This document shows positions 26,561-40,454 of a stretch of DNA of 64,000 nucleotides, in pieces. The notes under the pieces are model-generated. The model ran no database searches and was not told the DNA's origin. It was given only the letters and a program-made list of their open reading frames with translations. The position numbers were made by a program, and so were the translations under genes. Location of the stretch: positions 1,984,001-2,048,000 of the forward strand of contig CATNEN010000015.1 in the NCBI GenBank assembly GCA_950097015.1, read 5' to 3'. Origin of the DNA: Macrostomum hystrix (taxonomy: Eukaryota > Animalia > Platyhelminthes). Positions within the stretch are counted from its first letter, which is position 1. Each line of letters begins with the position of its first letter.

Positions 26561-27074
26561 GTGAGTAAACTGTCCTATCCAGTTGTTTGATTTATTGCTA
26601 ATTGGCACGTTTAATTGCAAATAATTTTACTTGAGTTGAGCGAAAAACTTTGAATTTTCACTTCCTGTTTTGAGCTAGACTAGAGCCAATGGGTTATATC
26701 TATCCCCGACCTATTTCAACTGGACATTTGCGCACACTGCAAGGGCACAAATAAAGCTGAGCGAAGGTCTTAACTTTCCAAATAAAATTGTCCTTTAGTT
26801 CGCAAAAAAGTCTATTTAAAGCATACATTCGGGGCCAAAATTGAATTCAAACAAAATAATTCCAGCTAGTGGAGTGGTCACTGTTTTTTGTATCATACCA
26901 ATTGCAATGGTAAGAAAGGCCATTTTTCTTTCGAATTTTTTGGTGAAAATCTGTGATTACAGTTTGCTTTTGCTAACTAATCTATTTCAACGTCTTCAGC
27001 CAACAAACCATTAAGACTAATTATAATTACCGATTGACTATTGCACTCCAAGATCTTCAGATGATACAAGCACA

Positions 27075-28665
27075 TCCCAGATCCTCAGGCTAGGTTTCCA
27101 CTGTTCCAGATCCCCAGGTAATGCTACCACTGTCCCAGATCCCCAGGTAATGCTACCACTGTCCCAGATCCCCAGGTAATGCTACCACTGTCCCAGATCC
27201 CCAGGTAATGCTACCACTGTCCCTGATCCCCAGGTAATGCTACCACTGTCCCAGATCCCCAGGTAATGCTACCACTGTCCCAGATCCCCAGGTAATGCTA
27301 CCACTGTCCCAGATCCCCAGGTAATACTACCACTGTCCCAGATCCCCAGGTAATGCTACCACTGTCCCAGATCCCCAGGTAATGCTACCACTGTCCCAGA
27401 TCCTCAGGTAATGCTACCACTGTCCCAGATCCCCAGGTAATGCTACCACTGTCCCAGATCCCCAGGTAATGCTACCACTGTCCCAGATCCCCAGGTAATG
27501 CTACCACTGTCCCAGATCCCCAGGTAATGCTACCACTGTCCCCGATCCCCAGGTAATGCTACCACTGTCCCCGATTCCCAGGTAATGCTACCACTGTCCC
27601 AGATCCCCAGGTAATGCTACCACTATCCCAGATCCCCAGGTAATGCTACCACTGTCCCAGATCCCCAGGTAATGCTACCACTGTCCCAGATCCACAGGTA
27701 ATGCTACCACTGTCCCAGATCCTCAGGTAATGCTACCACTGTCCCAGATCCTCAGGTAATGCTACCACTGTCCCAGATCCCCAGGTAATGCTACCACTGT
27801 CCCAGATCCCCTGGTAATGCTACCACTGTCCCAGATCCCCAGGTAATGCTACCACTGTCCCAGATCCCCAGGTAATGCTACCACTGTCCCAGATCCCCAG
27901 GTAATGCTACCACTGTCCCCGATCCCCAGGTAATGCTACCACTGTCCCCGATCCCCAGGTAATGCTACCACTGTCCCAGATCCCCAGGTAATGCTACCAC
28001 TATCCCAGATCCCCAGGTAATGCTACCACTGTCCCAGATCCCCAGGTAATGCTACCACTGTCCCCGATCCCCAGGTAATGCTACCACTGTCCCAGATCCC
28101 CAGGTAATGCTACCACTGTCCCAGATCCCCAGGTAATGCTACCACTGTCCCAGATCCTCAGGTAATGCTACCACTGTCCCAGATCCTCAGGTAATGCTAC
28201 CACTGTCCCAGATCCCCAGGTAATGCTACCACTGTCCCAGATCCCCAGGTAATGCTACCACTGTCCCAGATCCCCAGGTAATGCTACCACTGTCCCAGAT
28301 CCCCAGGTAATGCTACCACTGTCCCAGATCCCCAGGTAATGCTACCACTGTCCCAGATCCCCAGGTAATGCTACCACTGTCCCAGATCCCCAGGTAATGC
28401 TACCACTGTCCCAGATCCCCAGGTAATGCTACCACTGTCCCAGATCCCCAGGTAATGCTACCACTGTCCCAGATCCCCAGGTAATGCTACCACTGTCCCA
28501 GATCCCCAGGTAATGCTACCACTGTCCCAGATCCCCAGGTAATGCTACCACTGTCCCAGATCCCCAGGTAATGCTACCACTGTCCCAGATCCCCAGGTAA
28601 TGCTACCACTGTCCCAGATCCCCAGGTAATGCTACCACTGTCCCAGATCCCCAGGTAATGCTATT
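27075..28665. repeat. 29-bp minisatellite (CCACTGTCCCAGATCCCCAGGTAATGCTA)n, ~54 units
   Basis: Direct periodicity, very homogeneous. Confidence 0.97.
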
Positions 28666-29379
28666 CAACTTTCTGATCCCCAGGTGGACAGGTAAGGTAA
28701 TGCTACCAAACTTCCTGATTCCGCACAGTAACTTCTGTCTAACTCCAAAATCCCCGAAGCAATTATTGTTGCAATAAATTTTAGAAAAAATGCAGTTGCC
28801 AAGGTGTTTTTAAATTCTGTCACTGACTGAGTCAAATGATTATAATGGGGTTCGCTGTTGCCAAGTCAACAACATATTAGTTTGTAAAAAATGTCACTTT
28901 TTTAAGCCGAGACATCTTATCTGAGTTAAACTAAAAGTCCTACAAAATGTTCATAGTTAGCAAAAAATGCGATAATTTGAAGCCAGTGTCCTTGTACAGT
29001 AACAGTTAAAATGCAGCGCATATGTTCTCAGAAGATAAAAAAACATTTCTGCCACGCGCCTGACTTGACTCATTTTCCGCACGAATGGCGAATGGCAAAA
29101 AAATTACTCGTTGGAGGAGGAAAAATGCCGCATTTTCATGGACTCACACAAACATGGGCAGTGTAGGCATTTTCCGCTCACCACCCGAACCAACACTGAT
29201 CTAGATTATTAAACAGTTGGGCATTTCAAATTGGACCTGTTGACGGTAAAACTGCCATTTTACTCGGCAACAGGTTAAAGGTAAGTTCGAATTCAACACT
29301 CAGTTATTTGATCGGACTGACTGTAGCTAGCTCTGATCCGCTGTCTAACATCCTCTCTTCTTCACACTTTCAGCTCTCC

Positions 29380-30850
29380 ATACTCCTTCCGCTCTCCACC
29401 CTCCTGTTGTACACCCTCTTTCCGCTCTCCAACCTCCTGTTGTACACCCTCTTTCCGCTCTCCAACCTCCTGTTGTATACCCTCTTTCCGCTCTCCACCC
29501 TCCTGTTGTATACCCTCTTTCCGCTCTCCAACCTCCTGTTGTACACCCTCTTTCCGCTCTCCAACCTCCTGTTGTATACCCTCTTTCCGCTCTCCACCCT
29601 CCTGTTGTACACCCTCTTTCCGCTCTCCAACCTCCTGTTGTATACCCTCTTTCCGCTCTCCACCCTCCTGTTGTACACCCTCTTTCCGCTCTCCAACCTC
29701 CTGTTGTACACCCTCTTTCCGCTCTCCAACCTCCTGTTGTATACCCTCTTTCCGCTCTCCAACCTCCTTCCGCTCTCCAACCTCCTGTTGTACACCCTCT
29801 TTCCGCTCTCCAACCTCCTGTTGTATACCCTCTTTCCGCTCTCCACCCTCCTGTTGTACACCCTCTTTCCGCTCTCCAACCTCCTGTTGTATACCCTCTT
29901 TCCGCTCTCCAACCTCCTGTTGTATACCCTCTTTCCGCTCTCCACCCTCCTGTTGTACACCCTCTTTCCGCTCTCCAACCTCCTGTTGTATACCCTCTTT
30001 CCGCTCTCCAACCTCCTGTTGTATACCCTCTTTCCGCTCTCCAACCTCCTGTTGTATACCCTCTTTCCGCTCTCCAACCTCCTGTTGTATACCCTCTTTC
30101 CGCTCTCCAACCTCCTGTTGTATACCCTCTTTCCGCTCTCCAACCTCCTGTTGTATACCCTCTTTCCGCTCTCCAACCTCCTTCCGCTCTCCAACCTCCT
30201 GTTGTACACCCTCTTTCCGCTCTCCAACCTCCTGTTGTACACCCTCTTTCCGCTCTCCAACCTCCTTCCGCTCTCCACCCTCCTGTTGTACACCCTCTTT
30301 CCGCTCTCCAACCTCCTTCCGCTCTCCACCCTCCTGTTGTACACCCTCTTTCCGCTCTCCAACCTCCTGTTGTACATCCTCTTTCCGCTCTCCAACCTCC
30401 TGTTGTACACCCTCTTTCCGCTCTCCAACCTCCTGTTGTACACCCTCTTTCCGCTCTCCAACCTCCTGTTGTACACCCTCTTTCCGCTCTCCAACCTCCT
30501 TCCGCTCTCCACCCTCCTGCTGTACACCCTCTTTCCGCTCTCCAACCTCCTTCCGCTCTCCACCCTCCTGTTGTACACCCTCTTTCCGCTCTCCAACCTC
30601 CTGTTGTACACCCTCTTTCCGCTCTCCACCCTCCTGTTGTACACCCTCTTTCCGCTCTCCAACCTCCTGTTGTACACCCTCTTTCCGCTCTCCAACCTCC
30701 TGTTGTACACCCTCTTTCCGCTCTCCACCCTCCTGTTGTACACCCTCTTTCCGCTCTCCAACCTCCTGTTGTACACCCTCTTTCCGCTCTCCACCCTCCT
30801 GTTGTACACCCTCTTTCCGCTCTCGACCCTCCTTCCGCTCTCCACCCTTA
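29380..30850. repeat. 33-bp minisatellite (CTCCAACCTCCTGTTGTACACCCTCTTTCCGCT)n with interspersed 18-bp short units
   Basis: Direct periodicity; source of the 491-564 aa repetitive ORFs. Confidence 0.97.
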
Positions 30851-31821
30851 GCTACTTCCGTTCTCAACCCTCCTTATGTTGTACACACTCTTTTCGCTCT
30901 CCAACTCCTGCTTTAAAATCCTTCTACCGGCCTGTAACATGCTTCTACCGCTCAGAATATTCTGTCAACTGCTGGACAACAATTTTACTGAAATTTCTGT
31001 AATTTTATTGTTTTGTTGGCCCATGCATAAAGTTGATAACGATTTGCAGTATTTTGTTGGGATTTTTGTTAGCAATGGCATCCTTGAAACATGAACCGTG
31101 CACAAGCAGCATATGACTGTGACTATCTCAGCATTGCCTATCTGCCTCTGCATGCATCTTGTGTTTATATCTAGCCATAAGCCATATACCTTAGCTATAG
31201 CTGGATTGTTGTAAACACAAGCACACTGTAAATCTGTCATGCACATTCGTCTCTGAAGATGGATCATGGCTTGAAAACTGAACCTTAAACGCCAGTCTAA
31301 TTTCAGATGGTGAGCTATTAACTGTGTTTGGTGTTTGGTTCGTTTGCCAGAAGTCAGTAAAAATTGGGATCGGAATTAAAATCCCAATCTTGAAGCTGCC
31401 GGTATGGCTGCGGGGGTCCCGCTGATTCACCAGCGTTCCTATCATCATCATTGCTGGATATTCCCCTGAAAATTCTCCCATTTCCCATACCTAGAACAGT
31501 CTTTGATAAATCTTTCAACCTTCCCCTTAACCTGGTTCTACGCTTTTTTACTATGGGTTCATTCCAAAGGCTTTAAAACTGAAAGCTATAGCTATATCAT
31601 ACTGTGATATATATGACCGCTGTCTAATGCAATGTGCCGCACACATGGACATACATCGAGAATGTTGTGTTCAGGTTTTCTGTGTGGCAACCAACTATAT
31701 TTCTAGGCTTTATGCTCCGCATTATCTACATTTGTTTCATTCTGTCAACTCACTCTTCTAGTCTTTCTATCTTCTTCTATCTTTCCTTTCACCCTCGCTT
31801 AGCTGCATCTTTTCATTCTTT

Positions 31822-32612
31822 CCCTCTCTCCCTCTTCTCTCCGCCCTCTCCCTCTTCTCTCCGCCCTCTCCCTCTTCTCTCCGCCCTCTCCCTCTTCTCT
31901 CCGCCCTCTCCCTCTTCTCTCCGCCCACTCCCTCTTCTCTCCGCCCTCTCCCTCTTCTCTCCGCCCTCTCCCTCTTCTCTCCGCCCTCTCCCTCTTCTCT
32001 CCGCCCTCTCCCTCTTCTCTCCGCCCTCTCCCTCTTCTCTCCGCCCTCTCCCTCTTCTCTCCGCCCTCTCCCTCTTCTCTCCGCCCTCTCCCTCTTCTCT
32101 CCGCCCTCTCCCTCTTCTCTCCGCCCTCTCCCTCTTCTCTCCGCCCTCTCCCTATTCTCTCCACCCTCTTCCTCTTCCCTCTACCCTCTCTCTCTTTTCA
32201 CCCTCTTCCTCTTCTCCCTACTATCTTCCTCTTCTCCCTACCATCTTCCTCTTCTCCCTACCATCTTCCTCTTCTCCCTACCATCTTCCTCTTCTCCCTA
32301 CCATCTTCCTCTTCTCCCTACCATCTTCCTCTTCTCCCTACCATCTTCCTCTTCTCCCTACCATCTTCCTCTTCTCCCTACCATCTTCCTCTTCTCCCTA
32401 CCATCTTCCTCTTCTCCCTACCATCTTCCTCTTCTCCCTACCATCTTCCTCTTCTCCCTACCATCTCCCTCTTCTCCCTACCATCTTCCTCTTCTCCCTA
32501 CCATCTTCCTATTCTCCCTACCATCTTCCTCTTCTCCCTACCATCTTTCTCTTCTCTCTACCATCTTCCTCTTCTCCCTACCATCTTCCTCTTCTCTCTA
32601 CCATCTTCCTCC
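31822..32612. repeat. Two abutting 20-bp pyrimidine-rich arrays, (CTCTCCGCCCTCTCCCTCTT)n then (CTTCTCCCTACCATCTTCCT)n
   Basis: Direct periodicity; switch at ~32160-32200. Confidence 0.95.
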
Positions 32613-33084
32613 CTTTACCTTTACTATCTATATCCTAGTTGCTACCCAATTGAATAGTCAATTCTAGCAAGCTGATAATTTAGCATCGGTTAGCGGATTC
32701 CGTGACTCACACACACTTCGGGCTTGAAGCTGGGTCACTAGGCAGCCAGGTACGGCCTGCATAGGTACCCTGTTAGCTAGCACTTTGCCCAGGTTGGGAT
32801 CTGGCTAACTGTAAGTACACGGGTGCTCCTATTATTGGAAATCCTCTGTCATAAAGGGATGTTATTCTTAGTTTCAAAATTCAACTTGCTTCAGCCAACC
32901 ATGCAACTCGAGTGCAATCAAATATTTCTTCTACTGAAAAGAACACTGTAAAAAGCTGTCTGTTCAAAATTAATTAAACCTGGTGGGTCAAGTCATGCTT
33001 TCATTGGGAAAACTGCAATGTACAAGCAGATAGAATTATGGGATCTGCGAGAGGGTTGTGGTCTCAGACTTAAAGATTTAAGGC

Positions 33085-33790
33085 ACGGGATCTGGAATTT
33101 GAGATTAAAAGAATCTGGGATCCAGGATTAGATAGATGGGATCTGACTTAGGAATCTGGGGTTTGAGATTTGGGATTAAGGTTCTGGGATCTGGGATCTG
33201 ACTTAGGAATCTTGGGTTTGAAATTTGGGATTAAGGATCTAGAATCTCGGATTTGAGACAATGGTCTGGGATCTGAGATTAAGGATCTGGGATCTCGGAT
33301 TTGGGATTTGAGATATGGGATTAAGGATCTAGAATCTTGGATTTGAGACAATGGTCTGGGATCTGGGATGAAGGATCTGGGATTTGGGATCTGGGATCTC
33401 GGATTTGGGATCTGGGATCTCGGATTTGGGATTTGAGATATAGGATTAAGGATCTAGAATCTTGGATTTGAGACAATGGTCTGGGATCTGGGATGAAGGA
33501 TCTGGGATTTGGGATCTGGGATTTGGGATCTGGGATCTCGGATTTGGGATTTGAGATATAGGATTAAGGATTTAGAATCTTGGATTTGAGACAATGGTCT
33601 GGGATCTGGGATGAAGGATCTGGGATCTGGCATCTCGGATTTGGGATTTGAGATATGGGATTAAGGATCTAGAATCTTGGATTTGAGACAATGGTCTGGG
33701 ATCTGAGATGAAGGATCTGGGATTTGAATTCAGCGATCTGGTATCTGGGATTTGAGATCGGGGTTCTAAAATCTGTGATCTTGACTTGAT
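33085..33790. repeat. Compound GGATCT/GGATTT-based repeat with higher-order units containing TTAAGGATCTAGAATCTTGGATTTGAGACAATGGTCT
   Basis: Recurring ~100-130-bp blocks built on 6-7-bp submotifs. Confidence 0.85.
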
Positions 33791-34574
33791 TTCGCATTTT
33801 TTAGGCTTGAGGATCTTGGATCTCACAATGGGATGATTTGGGATTTCGAATCTTTCGACTTCTTGAGGTGACCTTCCATGGATCTAGAACTCGATCTCGA
33901 GCTCTCGGCACTTGCCCCCTGTGATAGAAAGAGCCGCAGGTCATTCGTGTGTCTCCATTTTCGCATTATATAACTTCATGCCATGGCCCACACTGGCCTT
34001 AATTAATCAAAACAGCTTTTAAAAGTCGTTGGGTCTCAGACAGGCAGGCGGGCAGGCTGGCAGGCAAGATGCTTGAATGACTGATTAGCTCCACAGTCAC
34101 CAGTCGTTCCTGACTCTGCTTGTCTTTTCCCTGCTCTGTTGCCGTGTGGATGCTAATTGCTTGCCTCTGCCGTGTTGCCAATCGGACAGGAAGTCGGCTC
34201 GGTGGTCGACAGGCGGTTTCCCGTTGTTTTTTGTTCTCTGGCCAAATTTGGAGTAAAAAATAGTGACTTAGCTAGCTAGTGTCTTCTGACTTCCTCTCTG
34301 GCACAGTGAGAGGTGTCAACAGCCAATCAAAGTCAATAAAAGCACTTGACGTTAGAATATTTGAGCACAGAGAACATGTATTTCATTAATAATAGACAAA
34401 ACTTTTCTAAACCAAGTTCGCCTTCGTGAAGACTGATTGAAAGGTGAAAAAGTCAAGCAAGGTAAGAGTAAATTAACTGCAATGATTGTTCTTAAGAACG
34501 CAATTGTCTGAGATACAACGAAATTAGAATATAAATTATAATATGTGAGATAAGAGATAAGTAGATTGTTAAAT

Positions 34575-35283
34575 CTAGTATGTGAGATGAGGAATCTAGG
34601 ATGTGAGATGAGGAATCTAGAATGTGAGATGAGGAATCTAGAATGTGAGATGAGGAATCTAGGATGTTAGATGAGGAATCTAGGATGTGGGATGAGGAAT
34701 CTAGAATGTGAGATGAGGAATCTAGGATGTGAGATGAGGAATCTAGGATGTGAGATGAGGAATCTAGGATGTGAGATGAGGAATCTAGAATGTGAGATGA
34801 GGAATCTAGAATGTGAGATGAGGAATCTAGGATGTGAGATGAGGAATCTAGAATGTGAGATGAGGAATCTAGGATGTGAGATGAGGAATCTAGAATGTGA
34901 GATGAGGAATCTAGGATGTGAGATGAGGAATCTAGGATGTGAGATGAGGAATCTAGAATCGGAAATGAGGAATCTAGGATGTGAGATGAGGAATCTAGGA
35001 TGTGAGATGAGGAATCTAGAATCGGAAATGAGGAATCTAGGATGTGAGATGAGGAATCTAGGATGTGAGATGAGGAATCTAGAATCGGAAATGAGGAATC
35101 TAGGATGTGAGATGAGGAATCTAGAATCGGAAATGAGGAATCTAGGATGTGAGATGAGGAATCTAGGATGTGAGATGAGGAATCTAGAATCGGAAATGAG
35201 GAATCTAGGATGTGAGATGAGGAATCTAGAATCGGAAATGAGGAATCTAGGATGTGAGATGAGGAATCTAGGATGTGAGAATC
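34575..35283. repeat. 21-bp minisatellite (GAGGAATCTAGGATGTGAGAT)n
   Basis: Direct periodicity. Confidence 0.96.
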
Positions 35284-36332
35284 GGTGTGTGTTCCTTTGA
35301 CAAAGCAGCCAACAGGCATAGCATAGTTCCGCTTGTCAACTGTAGTTTGTCCGTCACAGTTAGCAACAGCTAAGTGTTTTGGAAGTTTCCTCAGAACGTT
35401 TTCTTACCCTAGCCCTACTGCGCTAAACTTTCACTAAACTCTACTAAGAAACGGATGGATGGAACTACCGACCTTCCAGTTAAAGTTAAGCTGAGGACAC
35501 GAAAGAAGAATTTCACTATTGCCAATGGCGCAAGAGCTCGAAATGCAGATCCTTAATTGCTCGCTAATTATCTGTGTTCTCAAGAACTCCTACTCGATTT
35601 TCAAAGCTGAGACTCGCGGACTGGGCCAATTAAGCAACTCCTACATAGTAAAGTTGCTTAACTAGAACTAGAAAATAATTTCGAATAAGAGATTCGGATC
35701 AGAGTTGAATCTGATTATGAGGCATTGAGTCAGGACCCTAATTCTATCAGAATCGATGCCCAACTGAAATAGGAATGGGTACAGCTGTTCAGTCCGTGGA
35801 CTATGAGGGGTGTCACACTAACGGGGCGCTTAACTTCACAACATCGAAACTTCACTGCGTCAAAATAAAAACGCCAAGTTTTGCGTCGAATGGCTCTGCA
35901 AAGATAGGAGACTTGATAGCTTCAAATTTCACAGCAGCGATAGAAGTCTCATATATTTACCGTACGATTTGGCATTGTCAAATTATTTATTTTTTAATCG
36001 TATATTTCGGCTTTGTGAAATTTCGATCATACGTGTATAAAAGAAAGTGTCGGGTTGTGAAATACCCAAAAACACAGACAAAAGTTTTCCTACGGGCTCT
36101 CGGTCAGAATCCCGAAGCTTTGAATATCGAACCCATCAAAGCCTCTCTAAATAGCCAGCCTGCCCGAACCTTCCAGTCCTTGCACCGCCGATTCTCCCTG
36201 CGTGAACGCGGCGAACGGCCAGCAGCAAAGTCCGCAGCCACGGCGCATCATTCCGCAGCTGCTCAGGCAGCCCCAACTCTGCTGCGAGCTGCCACCCTCA
36301 GTGCTGCTCAGGCGGCTGCTGACACGGCCTCA

Positions 36333-38900
36333 ATGACCTCTGCCCGGCGACCCTCGGTCTCGTCGACAGCTTCAACGGACCGCGACAGTTGCCTGAGTGT
36401 TCCTAGCGCAGCCGGTGGCCGCAGCGGCGGCGGCCTTCAGCAGTACCGCAGCCGGCACGACTATCTGTACGCCATGACCGAAGACCTCGCCGACTGGCTG
36501 AACTTTCTCTACGATCGTGACATCACCGTGGAGACCTTCTTCGACGAGTTGGCCAACGGAGCTCTGCTGTGCGCGCATGCCTGCCAGCTGCAGCTGGCGG
36601 CCGAGGAGTTCTTCGCCGCCCCGCAGCAGCCGCTGCGCCAGAAGCTGAAGACCCTCCGCCTGCCACCGTCGGCTCCGCGCTATCGCCAGGACGCCCAGCC
36701 AGGCAGCTTCCACGCCCGCGACAATGTCGCCCAGTTCATCGCCTGGTGCCGCAGCCTCGGCCTGCCGGACTGCCTTCTGTTCGAGACCGAGGACCTGGTG
36801 GCCAGGAAGAACACTCGCCACGTCATCCTCTGCCTGCTGGAGGTCGCTCGCGCCGGGGCCACGTTCGGCGTCGAGGTGCCCGAACTGGTCCGCTTCGAGC
36901 GGGAGATCGATGAGCAGGAGCTCAGCTGCAGCAGCAGCAGCAGCAGCTGTGCCAGCAATGACTCTGGAGTGGCTTCTGCAGCAGCTTCCGTTCCCGCTGT
37001 CCCAACTGTTCCCGTGCCGGCTGCTGGCAAGTCAAAGCAGCAGCAGCACTCATTGAGGCGCGGCTCTGAAGCCCCTTCAGCGGCATCAGCAGCTGCCGCA
37101 GCTCCGCTGCCAGCCTTCAAGAGGCGCAAGACCCGCTGGCAGTGCGATCTGAAATCCCTGGACGAGCTGGTTAGTCAGCCCGTTTTTTTTAATTCAATTT
37201 TCTCGGGAATTTTTCGTTAAGCGGGTTTGACCTTGTTTGACCAATTTTCATTGTTCTCTTCTCCCCTAGTCTTCCCTCTCCACAGAATGGGATCAGCTGT
37301 TTAAGTCAAAAGCACTCTTCCCATACCCCATTCGTAGCCTCAATTTAAATCAGCTTCCACTAATTTCTAGCGTCATCGTCATAAAAAGGTGAGTCCTGTC
37401 ATAGTTTGAGCAGTTCTCGAATCGCGGTTGTCGGCCGTTGGAAATTTAGGGAAATCGCACATTTTTCAGCGGTGGTGGAAACCCCTGATTATATAAACTG
37501 ACGAATAGTACTGCTAGTAGTATCCTCTTTTTTATTCCTTTGCTCCTTAAATTTGTACGGCTGAGGGCTTTTTGCTTTCTTAATTTATTGTCGCTGTAAT
37601 GTTCTTATTAATTAACTTTACTGAGTTATTATAGCCGTCAATGCGCATTGTGAACGAGTTCTTTTTGTTCTGTCACTCTTTACCCACTCACACCTGGTGA
37701 TAGAATGTATATAAGTTGAGTTTCTGGGGATCAGGGATTCTAGGATTGTGTTCAGGGATTCTAGGATTGTGTTCAAGGATTCTAGGATTGTCTTCAGGGA
37801 TTCTAGGATTGTATTCAGGGATTCTAGGATTGTGTTCAGGGATTCTAGGATTGTGTTCAAGGATTCTAGGATTGTGTTCAGGGATTCTAGGATTGTGTTC
37901 AAGGATTCTAGGATTGTCTTCAGGGATTCTAGGATTGTGTTCAGGGATTCTAGGATTGTGTTCAGGGATTCTAGGATTGTGTTCAAGGATTCTAGGATTG
38001 TGTTCAAGGATTCTAGGATTGTGTTCAAGGATTCTAGGATTGTGTTCAGGGATTCTAGAATTGTGTTCAAGGATTCTAGGATTGTGTTCAGGATTCTAGG
38101 ATTGTGTTCAGGGATTCTAGGATTCTGTTTAAGAATTCTAGGATTGTGTTCAAGGATTCTAGGATTTTCTTCAGGGATTCTAGGATTGCGTTCGCGGATT
38201 CTAGGATTTTCTTCTGGGATTCTAGGATTGTCTTCAGGGATTCTAGGATTGTGTTCAAGGATTCTAGGATTGTGTTCAAGGATTCTAGGATTGTGTTCAG
38301 GATTCTAGGATTGTGTTCAGGGATTCTAGGATTCTGTTTAAGAATTCTAGGATTGTGTTCAAGGATTCTAGGATTTTCTTCTGGGATTCTAGGATTGCGT
38401 TCGCGGACTCTCGGATTTTCTTCTGGGATTCTAGGATTGTGGTCAGTAATTTATGTTGTAGGAAATATAAACAGAACGATTTTGTGTCAATGTTTTTAAT
38501 TTTTGGTTGGTCTGCTAATCCTAAAATCCCCACCAACCCTGATCAGGTTCGTGAGCTCGTGAGCGAATGTACCTGTGCCCAGACCTTCCCGATGAAGAGG
38601 CTGGACGAGGGCAAGTATTTGTTCGGCGACTCTCAGCTGCTCATCTTTGTTCGGGTGAGTTTTGAACAGATTTGAGCAGATCAGCATGTGGCCCCCCATC
38701 GCCATCGAGACTCTGTTTCACTAATCTTCTCCGATCAACCAATCCAGGTGCTGCGCAATCACGTGATGGTGCGCGTTGGCGGAGGCTGGGACTCCCTGGA
38801 GCACCTGCTGATGAAGCACGATCCATGCCGCTCCGCTGGCGGCACCAGCCGCTCCGGGGTTCCCGTCAATCACCAGGAGGAGCGGCAAAAAAAGCTGCAG

Positions 38901-38990
<90 letters not shown>

Positions 38991-39278
38991 ACTCATCAAA
39001 GACCGCCTGAGAAGGAGGCCGCAGATTCCAAGAAATCTGACCTCGGATTCGTTCGACCGAGCCAGCCAGCCCCGAAGAAAATTACCCCGCAACAGCAGCA
39101 GCAGAAGCAGCCGACGGCGCAGCAGAAATCTATCGCTGACACTCAGCGGCGACATTCGCTGCAGCCCGGACGACCGTCGCCGGCATCGTCGCCAGCTTCG
39201 TCGCCCATGCTTGCACGGCGGCAGCAGCAGCAGCTCTCCAGACCCTCCACACCCAGTAAAACTGTTTCCAAGAAATAG
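36333..39278 (+). CDS. GAS2L: GAS2-like protein (calponin-homology + GAR/GAS2 domain, Q-rich tail), ~491 aa from ATG 36333. Exons 36333-37169, 38547-38654, 38748-39278; may extend upstream via acceptor 36176
   Basis: CH domain [14 protein letters not shown]...[11 protein letters not shown]...[18 protein letters not shown]...[24 protein letters not shown] domain [29 protein letters not shown]|[28 protein letters not shown]. Phase-0 GT-AG introns. 31-Gln tract at 38898-38990. Confidence 0.92.
37733..38440. repeat. 21/22-bp minisatellite (GGATTCTAGGATTGTGTTCA[A/G])n in GAS2-like intron
   Basis: Direct periodicity. Confidence 0.95.
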
Positions 39279-39494
39279 ATGCCACAAATTACACAGTGAT
39301 TGGTTTTAGCTTCTCAGATGTGATCTTGTCTTCAGAACATTTTCCCTTCAATGATTTGCTTGCGGTTTTTTAGTTTCATGCACTGTCTATCTCTGTCTAA
39401 TGTACTTTTATCAGAAATTTTGTAAGCCATAGGAAATGAATTACCTGCTTGAAGCACTGGCAGGATTTGACAGCCTCAAATGACACCTGTGAAT

Positions 39495-39938
39495 AATTAG
39501 ACAGTCTCTAATCACACCTGGGGATAATTAGACAACCTCTAATCACACCTGGGGATAATTAGACAACCTCTAAACACACCGGGGGATAATTAGACAACCT
39601 CTAATCACACCTGGGGATAATTAGACAACCTCTAATCACACCTGGGGATAATTAGACAACCTCTAATCACACCTGGGGATAATTAGACAACCTCTAATCA
39701 CACCTGGGGATAATTAGACAGCCTCTAATCACACCTGGGGATAATTAGACAGCCTCTAATCACACCTGGGGATAATTAGACAACCTCTAATCACACCTGG
39801 GGATAATTAGACAACCTCTAATCACACCTGGGGATAATTAGACAGTCTCTAATCACACCTGGGGATAATTAGACAGTCTCTAATCACACCTGGGGATAAT
39901 TAGACAGTCTCTAATCACACCTGGGGATAATTAGACAC
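39495..39938. repeat. 31-bp minisatellite (AATTAGACAACCTCTAATCACACCTGGGGAT)n, ~14 units
   Basis: Direct periodicity; each unit has a small TTAGA/TCTAA inverted repeat. Confidence 0.95.
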
Positions 39939-40454
39939 TTGATTCCCAGCTCAAGAGTAGCTATCACATTCTTTACTCTGGTGCAATGCTCTATCCGTTT
40001 TATTTTCAAGTGGTGTGCCTGCCATCTGATTAATTCGAGACATTTTTAGCGCATTCCTGTTCTTGCTAAATTATTGAGCTCACCATTCTGCTCTTTTAAC
40101 TTTTAATTTTTATCAATGCTCCTAGTTTTAACATTTTTTCGATGATCAGATGTCGCTTATACTACTGCTGAACTTGAGGTTAGTAGCATAATTTTGGAAC
40201 ATTGCCCACATTTTTGTACATAAAAGGAAAATATTTATCGATTTCTACTTATAAAGATGCTTATAATTATACACCAATTGCACATTTCTTCTAAGCATAT
40301 TATATCAGAAACTGTCTTATCCACTCTGTGATTCCAACTGCCTATTATCTTTTCTGCTTTAGGCTAGCGAATCTTATAATCCTGTGTGCTAGAGTTTGTG
40401 TGCGCTCACCTTTTCTGTGCTCTCACCCCTCTACTCACTCTTGCTTGTCTCTTC

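Noticed and set aside
27075-28665. CRISPR-like arrays (29-, 35- and 39-bp units)
   Set aside because: Units are head-to-tail with no unique spacers, there are no cas genes, and the context is eukaryotic.
29308-31002. 491-564-aa L-rich, E/G/K-rich and R-rich ORFs
   Set aside because: Translations of the 33-bp array. The same applies to ORFs over the 23.6k, 31.8k, 34.6k, 37.7k, 40.9k and 46.7k arrays.
35775-36176. N-terminal 134 aa of the 481-aa ORF as part of GAS2-like
   Set aside because: AT-rich, no homology, and it lies before a good acceptor at 36176; probably intron or upstream DNA that happens to be open.
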